A stretch of DNA of 36,270 bases from Raillietiella orientalis (taxonomy: Eukaryota), in the NCBI GenBank assembly GCA_036172245.1, contig JAYWIR010000009.1, positions 5,084,001 to 5,120,270 on the forward strand. Reading direction: 5' to 3'. The notes under the pieces were generated by a model. That model was not told where the DNA came from, made no database searches, and was given only the letters and a program-made list of their open reading frames with translations. This document shows positions 10,351-18,140 of this stretch, one piece after another. Both the position numbers and the translations under genes were made by a program. Numbering within the stretch: position 1 is the first letter of the stretch; each line of letters begins with the position of its first letter.

Positions 10351-13300
10351 TGCGTGGACTCGCGTCCGCTCGTCGCGTCAGCGTTGCCTGTTGGAATGTC
10401 AACGGGCTACGTGATGCTGACAAAAGGCGGAGGGTATCCAACGCTTTGCGCGCGTTCGATCTGGTGCTGCTGCAGGAGATACATAGCATCTCCGAACGGC
10501 AGGCATCGGATCTCGAAGAGCGCGCGGGCGGGACGCTACACTGGCGGCAAGGCTCCGCGCACACGTGCGGAGTCGCGTTCCTCGTCCGAGGCAGGGTGGC
10601 GGAGGCGGTGCGGAACGTTTGTTTCGACGAGGAAGGTCGTGTGGGTCAACTTGTCCTCAAGTGGTCCGAATCGATCGACCTGGTCGTTACGAACATCTAC
10701 GCGCCGAGCGGCGGCCGGCATTACGCCCAGCGACTTGCATTCCTGGGTGGCCTGCGCAGCCGCTGGCTCGCTGACTCCGGCCCTAACGTGGCGCACCTCC
10801 TTGCAGCAGACTTCAACGTCCACCTGCTAACAGAGGAGAGATGCCGCTTGAGGGAGAAGCAACTGGTGAGCGAGGTATGCGCGTCCGTGCGCGTGCAAAA
10901 CTTGCTTGCTGGTGAGCCCGGGATGGAGAGATCGCCGGACCATGCGTTCCTCGATGAACACCTGCTCTCACGAGTAGGTCGGAGAGGGCGCCTGCTGTCC
11001 GCGATTTCGGATCATCCTAGACTGGAGTTCGAGCTCCTCCCGCCTGGCAAAGGGCCTCCGATGAATGTCTGGAGGTTGCCGGCCGACTGGCTTAGCAATT
11101 CGGAGGCGGCGGAGCATCTCCGCCAACACCTCCGGGGCTTCGCCATCTGTGAACTCGAGGACTGGGACGATCTGAAAAGATCGGTCCGCGAGTTCTGCTG
11201 CCGGTTCCCCTTGCACCTGCTTCCCCGCGGCTTCGGGGAGGGTGTCGCGAACAGCAGATCCTATCTGCAGGCGCGTACCTTTTCACGATGCCCGGACGTC
11301 CGGCGTCTGGCGGAGTATAAAGCTAGGGCCGAGCTCCAGGTTTGGCAGTCTGAAGCGGCTTGTCTGCTCGATGACGCTGGCCAGGAATGCTCGGCTGCAT
11401 TCGAAGTACACCCGTAGTCAAGCGCTACTACTCCTCGTTGTACGCAGAGGAGCCCACGGAACGCAGTCTCTCCGAGCTGCTTCTTCCGACGGGCAACCCT
11501 GCTATCGACGAGGAGGAACGCGCCAGACTGGATTGGCCCTTCACGGCGGAAGAAGTATCTTCTGCCATAGCGGGCCTGAAGAGGCGTAAGGCGCCTGGGG
11601 AGGATGGCCTGCCCGCGGAGTTCTTTCAGTGCTTCGCGGCGGAGCTCGTCCCCCTGGTGCTAAGCCTTTCCTCGCTGATGCGTGAGACGGGAGATGTTCC
11701 CGCTTCTTTCCGCTCAGCAAAGGTGCGGCTCCTGCCGAAAGGCGGTGATCTGCGCCACCTCAGCAACTGGCGTCCGATCACATTGGTGAATTCGGACGTC
11801 AAGTTGTTCTCCAGGCTTTGGGTCGCGCGCCTGGGGAGAATCGCAGAGTCCTTGGTAAGTCCGGAGCAGACGTATGCTGTTCCGGGGCGGTCCATGAACG
11901 CGAATCTCTTCTTCGCGCGAACATGGTTCGAGTTGCAGCAGCGCGTGGCGCAGCAGAGCCAGGCAGCCGAAATCGCCGCTGGCAAAGGAAAGCGGCGGTG
12001 TTCAAGGCACGATGGAACGCCGGGAGCCTTAGCGGTCGCCGTCGATCTCTGCAAAGCGTTCGACAGTGTAAACCAGGACCTCCTTCTGGAGCTTCTGGGA
12101 CGCCTAGGCCTCCCGACGCACCTCATCGCCCACTTGCGCTCCTGCTGGCGCCACGCGTTATGCTGTATCTCTTGCAGCGGGCGTCACGTGTACGGTGTTC
12201 CCATACGGCGGGGTATCAGGCAGGGAGACAGCTTAAGCCCTCTGCTTTTCAGCATCTTCTTTGAGTTGGTTCTGAGGGCGTACAGGCTGACGCTGGCCAA
12301 CCTGCCGAGCTCCTGCCCGGGAACACCGGCCGTGGCCGCCTATGCTGACGACCTTCTCCTGCTGCTGCCCATGTCCACCCCGGCGTCCAGGCTCGAGGAC
12401 TTCTTCGAGCTCATTCGTCGGGGAGCGGGCCTGAGCGTAAACAGGACGAAATCAACCGTTGTACCGGTTGGCTCTACGTGGGAGGGGCAGTCCGACTGGA
12501 TCCACCTGGGGATCCCCACGGGCAGGTGCTTGAAGTACCTCGGCGTTCCCTTGGGCGCCTTCTGTCCAGCAGAAGCGTGGTCGGACTGCCTTCACAAGGC
12601 CGAGACTGCTCTGGGCCCGTTCCAAGGCGGCAGGTTTCTCCTGTCGGAACGGGCCTTCGTGTGGAACATTTTCGTTGCCCCCCTCCTCCGTCCCCTCTTT
12701 TTTGTTTGTCCCCCTCCCTACTCGCCGTTGCGTAACGCCCTGTGGGGACCGGCGAGGTCCAGGATACGCCTGAAGGACTTGGCGGCTCCTCGGCGGGATG
12801 CAGGATTGGGCATCCTGACGCTGGAGCGGATCGGACTGCTAGTGCAGTTCCGCATGCTGGCACTTTGTGCGCAGCTCTGGACTACTCCCTGGTGTGCTCC
12901 AGCGAGGCTGCTGCTGCGGCGCAGCACGGGTGGCGACGGACTACGTTCGTTGCATCTGCGCACGGAGCGCGCCCAGAGAGGATTCGGCTTCCCTTTGAAG
13001 CAGCTCGCCACTCTTCTGGGAAAGCATGAGTCGATCTCCTGCCGGCCGACGAACTTCCAGGAATGGAGGAAGTAGGCAGGAAACCTTATCGTCCTGGGCA
13101 GCGCAACAGGATGTGTCCCGTTTGGAACTCCGTTGCGTGAAACTTTCCCCATACTGTCCAGTGGGGGAGGTGCTGGAAGACCAGGACCAGTGGACACGCC
13201 TAGCCGCTACGCCACTCGCCAAAGCACTGTGTGCACTGATGGTGCGAGACGACAGTGACCTGCCGGCGAGGTGGGAGATCTCTTGCGAAATCGCAGGCGA

Positions 13301-13796
13301 AACCCGACTGCTGGGCGGCTGGCGGACTTGCGAAGTGGCAGACGCTGCCACACCTCGCCTCCGTGACAAGGTACTTCTCCGGTGGAGTGAGCTCCTCGGG
13401 GTGCCCACCGATGAGCTTGTGGTCTCTTGTGCGTGTTTGGACACGACTCTCTTCCCCCTTCGGTGGAAACAGGACGCTTTTCTGCTGGTGCATTGGGGTT
13501 TGTACTGCAACCAGCGGGCGCACCTGATTTCTGGGGGAATTGCGTCCCCGAACTGTGCCAAATGCGGAGCGGTGGAATCGCTTCCGCATTTGCTGTTTGA
13601 GTGTGGTGCCCTGCAGGAGCTGTGGCGGCGGCTGTCTTCAGCGCTCCTGCACCCTGGACACACCGCACTCGATTGGATGCTACGCTTCTACACGCGTGGC
13701 GGTCTTTCTCTTGGAGCGGCCGTCGCAATCATCTGCTGGGTCCGCGCCATTGTCAGGGCCCGCCACGTATTGGAGATGCGAGCAGTCCCAACATAG
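10350..13796 (+). pseudogene. Copy C ORF2: APE endonuclease, RT and CCHC, with frameshifts near 11400 and 13050
   Basis: WNVNG, LQEIH, NIYAP, ADFN, PDH, ISDH; KAPGEDG, DLCKAFD, GIRQGDSLSP, YADD; CAKCGAVESLPHLLFEC. Confidence 0.93.
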
Positions 13797-13799
13797 CTT

Positions 13800-14750
13800 C
13801 TGTGGGCTCTGATAACCCCCCTTGCCCCAGTGCTGCCCTTCCTTGTGAATGCCAGGGACAGTAGCGAGCAGGGGAAATGGACCGTGTCCTGCATCATAGG
13901 CGGCAGGGCACAATTGATATAGGCATGGACATCTCGGCAGCTAGCTGACGCTGCGACGCCGAGTGTCCCGCCCGACGGAATTCGACGCTGGGGCGAGCTA
14001 CTCGGACTATCTCCGGAGGAGATGAAGTGGCCCCCAGCGTCCTAGAACAGTGCATCCCTTCATCTGAAATGGCAGGATGTGGCGTTGCTTGTGGTACTCT
14101 GGGGATTACCATTCAAAGCGCGCCTGCATCACACCACCCGGGGAGCTGTGGATCCTAATTGTGACCGGTGTGGGGAAAAAGAAACATTCCCCCACCTTCT
14201 CCTTGAGTGCAGCGCCCTCCGCCCTTTGTGGGATCGTCTCGCGGCGATCCTGGACTTGCGCGGATGCGACCCAAAGGACGTTTTAAAGCGCCTCTTCTGT
14301 AGTGACGTCTTGTCCCCGCCCGCTAGTGTAGCAGTCCTCTGCTGCATCAGAGGAATAGTGGCGGCTTGGAACGCCACCAGAAGGCGTCAGCCAACCGGCA
14401 ACGCCTTACACTGGACTCGTCTTTTCGCGCGCAGTGTCTGCAAGTGGCGCCACTTAGGCGCTGAAAGGACTCAGCTTGTGCGGATCCTGAATAGGATCTA
14501 GAGGACCTGTCCACGTGCAACGTGATCCCTTCCCTGCCCTCCCACCCCTAAAACATTTGTTCCCCCCCCACATTTGAACTTTGTTTCTTTTTGTTTATTT
14601 CCCATCCCCGCGCATCGGAAGGACCTCTCCGGCCTAGAGCCGGCAACCAGCAAGCTGTTTTGGAGTGGTGAACCTTCGGGTTCGCCACGCGACAATTGTT
14701 TGTATTTTTATTTCCATGAAATAAATGCCCCGGCACATCCGGGTGTGAAC
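13800..14750 (+). mobile_element. Tx1-like copy E: 5'-truncated, ORF2 C-terminus (stop at 14501) and 3' UTR
   Basis: TPLAPVLP..WTVSCIIGG..AWTSRQLADAATP..CDRCGEKETFPHLLLEC repeats the domain just seen in copy C but from another subfamily, with two in-frame stops. AATAAA at 14720-14725, then the terminal hairpin. Confidence 0.88.
14665..14688 (+). other. 3' UTR stem-loop with a cUUCGg tetraloop
   Basis: GTGGTGAACC-TTCG-GGTTCGCCAC forms a 10-bp stem with one G-U pair. Identical in the minus-strand copy at 9795-9818. Confidence 0.8.
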
Positions 14751-14753
14751 GCT

Positions 14754-15273
14754 CGTCGGCGCGGAAAGCGAGGAGGCGGCGCGAATTACGGACGCGACCT
14801 TCGCGCAGGTCGCAGAAGAGCTGGCAGCCCTGTTGCGGCAGCCTACCAAGGCCGAAAAAAAGACCTTGAGACGACCGGCAACGGTGAAGGGCCCGGAAAA
14901 TTCCGAGTCCGAAACCGAAGCTGGTTGCTCTACTTCCGCAGCAGTGCCGAATGGGATAGCTGGGAAGAAGACCGGTTGCCCGAGACGTGTCCCCCCCGCA
15001 GGTGGGGGAGGCCATGTCCTCGGGCACGGAGGAGCCAATGTGCGTCGCGCCACGCGACCCTTCTCCGATCCGTGTCACAGAGTCCAGCGAAATGGAAGTC
15101 GCTGTTGACGACGTGCTCCCGTGTGAGCAGCCGACCGTCGTCACGGCCGCCAACGAGCCGCCTCCCGAAAGGGAGGAGGCCACCTACACCCCACCATAAC
15201 TACACCAATCCGTGGGCTCGCCTCTTGCCGACGCTTGCGCGTCACCTGTTGGAACGTCAACGGGTTGCGCGAC
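14754..15273 (+). mobile_element. Tx1-like fragment G (copy A subfamily): ORF1 tail and start of the APE
   Basis: Highly similar to the reverse complement of 1450-1974. Ends at VTCWNVNGLRD. Confidence 0.92.
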
Positions 15274-16023
15274 TCAAGAGTACCATTCGGAAAAGCACAC
15301 CTCGAAAAAGCAAATGGATCAGTAGAAAGCAACCTCCGGTATTGTTTCAAACAAGATGCCTCGCCATGAGTATAAGGAGCTATATCAGAAGATAACAGCC
15401 AGGACTCATACGAAAAAAAGGTAAACCATTACTACATAACCATTTCATTCTCTCAGATCCTCGATCTCGTCAAATCCGGAGTCCAAGAAAAGTACATCAT
15501 CGAACATCATACCAGATTTTAGAGCAGCAACATCAACTTCGTCAAGAAGTGCTATAGTGTTCCGAAATGAAAGGCTTCACCCAATCCCATGGCAACACTT
15601 CGTCTACGCGAATGGAAAATGGATATCGTTGACATGTTGCGAAAGCCTCCCTATCAAAGAAACATCTACTGTGTCAAAGACTCTAGAGGCAATGCCGGCA
15701 AAACGACCTTTGCGAAGTATTTATTTTTAGGGATGAATGCAATATACATGCAATCTTGCAAGAAGGCAGATGCGGCTCAGTTATACAACGGTGAATCTAT
15801 TATTGTTGTTGACTTCACAAGAGACAACAAAGATGTTGTCTCTTGTGATATTGTCTCTCTATTGTCCAATATGGTTTTATCGAAACCATTAAAAACGGTA
15901 TTTTGTTCGACCCAAAGTACCAAGGAAGCATAAAATACTGACACTTCCCACGTTATTGTTATGTCTAATTAAGAACCAGATCTCAGCAAACTTTCCCAAG
16001 ACAGATGGGTCATCAACGATTAG
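15274..16023 (+). pseudogene. rep: CRESS Rep (HUH motif III and SF3 helicase), nanovirus/alphasatellite-like; N-terminus missing, with stops and frameshifts
   Basis: AHLEKANGSVESNLRYCFK (motif III; YCFK at 15340-15351), Walker A GNAGKTT (15688-15708), Walker B IIVVDFTR, KNGILFDPKY, motif C HVIVMSN, PDLSKLSQDRW. Confidence 0.9.
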
Positions 16024-16149
16024 ACATTCCCACAAACAGACGAAAAACACCTTGGACAATGAATGATGTCGGTTCGATTCTCCCATGGACCAAGCCTTGC
16101 TAGTAGACTTGGCCCCTGCTCCAACCGATGTATCGAGATGAAAATAAAA

Positions 16150-17099
16150 GAACTTCTCAATATAAACCTTTGTTCTATTTCCCTTAAATGCTAGATACAG
16201 TTTTTGCGTGACCTTGTACACAGGCATTCCAGCTTTCAGTGTTCCCATATCTGGATACACTCCAGACTGGCTACCATCCTTGAAGTCGTCTGGGATTTCC
16301 TGCCCAGGCACATGCTTCAAAATATGTATACGACCAGGGATAATATACAAATATGTATACTACGGGATAATATGTATATTTTCCCGTAGGTCTCAGGATC
16401 CAGACCACCACCTTGAGCACATTCCATCCAAGGCCATCTATAATACACATATCGCTCTGCAGCACCTCCTAATTCCTTTTTTTCTCGAACTGAGGAGTGG
16501 CTGAACCACTTCAACCCTCTTACACCAAAATATCTTGTCCAAACTCCAGCTGCGCTTCATAACTCCTTAAATGACCCTGGATTTGATTATAAGGCTTCCC
16601 AGTAAACTTAAACGCTCCTTCAGGAGCATATGCAGGCTCGAATGTTAATAAATTACGGTACGATATCTCCAATCCAAAGTCTTCACCCAGTGTACTTCCT
16701 GACATTCCTAACGTTAAAGACTCCACCTTCATCCTAAGTCCTATTGCCTTCACATATTGGAAGTACGAGCACATCTCCATCATGTTGCAACTATCAAATG
16801 GTGTTCTCATAGCTCCCTCTAATTCCTTGTACATGAACATAAAACTTGTGTTGACTTTACCACCCGTCTTCATTCGTATACTTGAATAATGCACACTGTG
16901 CCATTGATGTCCTCTCCACAGCTCTTCGCAAATGACTTGATTTCAATGACAGCGGTCTTAATACGCGCCTTCTTGCTATCCTTCTACTGAACCTTCGTTT
17001 TCCACGATAGACCTTGCGTGTAAGCAATAAACTAACCCTTTTCATATTCTTTCGTCTCCTTATTCCCTTTCACTTCCTCTTTCGGGAGACGACCGGCAT
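16150..17099 (-). pseudogene. cap: Putative CRESS capsid protein, fragmented; 3' boundary approximate
   Basis: Arg/Lys-rich N-arm MPVVSRKRK*KGIRRRKNMKR..RKVYRGKRRFSRRIARRRVLRP. YFQYVKAIGLRMKVE and C-terminal YKVTQKLYLAFKG resemble jelly-roll capsid strands. Convergent with Rep. Confidence 0.72.
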
Positions 17100-17165
17100 A
17101 GCCTCCGCCTTTCGGTAGACATGACTACCTACTGACAAGTGAACAACAATTACTTATTATTAAGA

Positions 17166-17468
17166 CTATGCTTACTTTCTTCCGCTTAGTAAGGAAACTT
17201 AGTCTCCGTCTTTCGCTTAGCGAGGGAAAGACGGAAACTCGGAACATCTAAGCAATTGGTGTCTAAGCACCTTGTTGAACTCGCATATCAAATGGTTTTG
17301 GAAGCAGTCGCACGGTTAGGAAGGATCGCCGAGTCTCTGGTAAGCCTGGAGACGACTTACGCTGTCCCCAAGCAGTCCATACATGCGATCCTCCTTTTCG
17401 TGCGCACATGGCTCGTGCTACAGGACTGCATTGCGCAGCAAGGCCGGGCAGCGGAAAGAGCCGCTGGC
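17166..17468 (+). mobile_element. Degraded Tx1-like RT fragment H
   Basis: FRLAR..KDGNSEHLSNWCLSTLLNSHIKWF..VARLGRIAESLVSLETTYAVPKQSIHAILLFVRTW aligns to copy C FRSAK..KGGDLRHLSNWRPITLVNSDVKLF..VARLGRIAESLVSPEQTYAVPGRSMNANLFFARTW. Left edge uncertain (17166-17202). Confidence 0.85.
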
Positions 17469-17479
17469 GCAGGAGGGGC

Positions 17480-18140
17480 ATACCAAGCTGATGTGCCTTT
17501 TGAAAAAAGTCCGACCCGTTAATCCTGGGTTGGCACTAAAAGAAAAACACGAAAAAAATATGATCGGTGTCGGGAGCAAAAATAGCAGATGCTCCGTAAA
17601 CTGGAAAGGTACACAGGAGCACCCTCGGGAACTGATGTACCAGAAACCAAAGCTGCTGAGAAAGCTGCCCGGGTGCAAGTTCCCTATGCAAAAAAGAAAA
17701 AAAGACAATCGAAATATGCCCGCTTGCCAAAATTCCGACTTGCAGATCGCAAAAGCTGAGAATCATCGCAGAACGCATTATTGACCATGTTCTCGCGCCG
17801 AATGATGGGATCATGGAAACTCTGACCAACAGCCTGGAGGGAAGAATCTTGGACCACCTGACTGATATAGTCAACGTGGAAACGGAAAAGATTTTTAAGT
17901 TACTATTTGCCAAGCAAGCAGTTCAGTATTCATCAAGGTTGGCTACCGAACGAATAATACCTTGGCGAAGACATCCTGTTTAGTAGGGTCATGGCCATTT
18001 CCGGAAACGACTTGTTCAATTAATTGAAGGATTACTTCATGTCTAGAATTGATAGTTTTGATCCTTTGAGCAGGCTGCCGATGCAGAGGCTCCTCGTGAG
18101 ACAGAACTTGCGTGTAACGCGGGGCACTTTCGATTTATGA
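17480..18140 (+). pseudogene. Unidentified decayed coding-like sequence
   Basis: Successive protein-like frames such as KLRIIAERIIDHVLAPNDGIMETLTNSLEGRILDHLTDIVNVETEKIFKLLF. No recognised motif. Confidence 0.3.

Larger units (their letters stand above)
8208..13796 (+). mobile_element. Tx1-like copy C: near full length and frameshifted; own 3' end missing, followed directly by copy E
   Basis: 5' motif GGACGTGTACTGTGTTGCTCC at 8208-8228, ORF1 8287-10350, ORF2 10350-13796. Confidence 0.92.
15274..17163. other. Endogenous viral element: near-complete ambisense CRESS-DNA virus genome
   Basis: Rep on + and capsid on - converge near 16020-16150. GC drops abruptly at 15274. Nonamer-like TATTATTAA at 17155-17163 upstream of the capsid start. 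Confidence 0.88.

Noticed and set aside
17206..17234. CCGTCTTTC..GAAAGACGG hairpin as the viral origin stem-loop
   Set aside because: There is no nonamer in the loop, and the sequence aligns to Tx1 RT codons (FRSAK..KGG) with a deletion.
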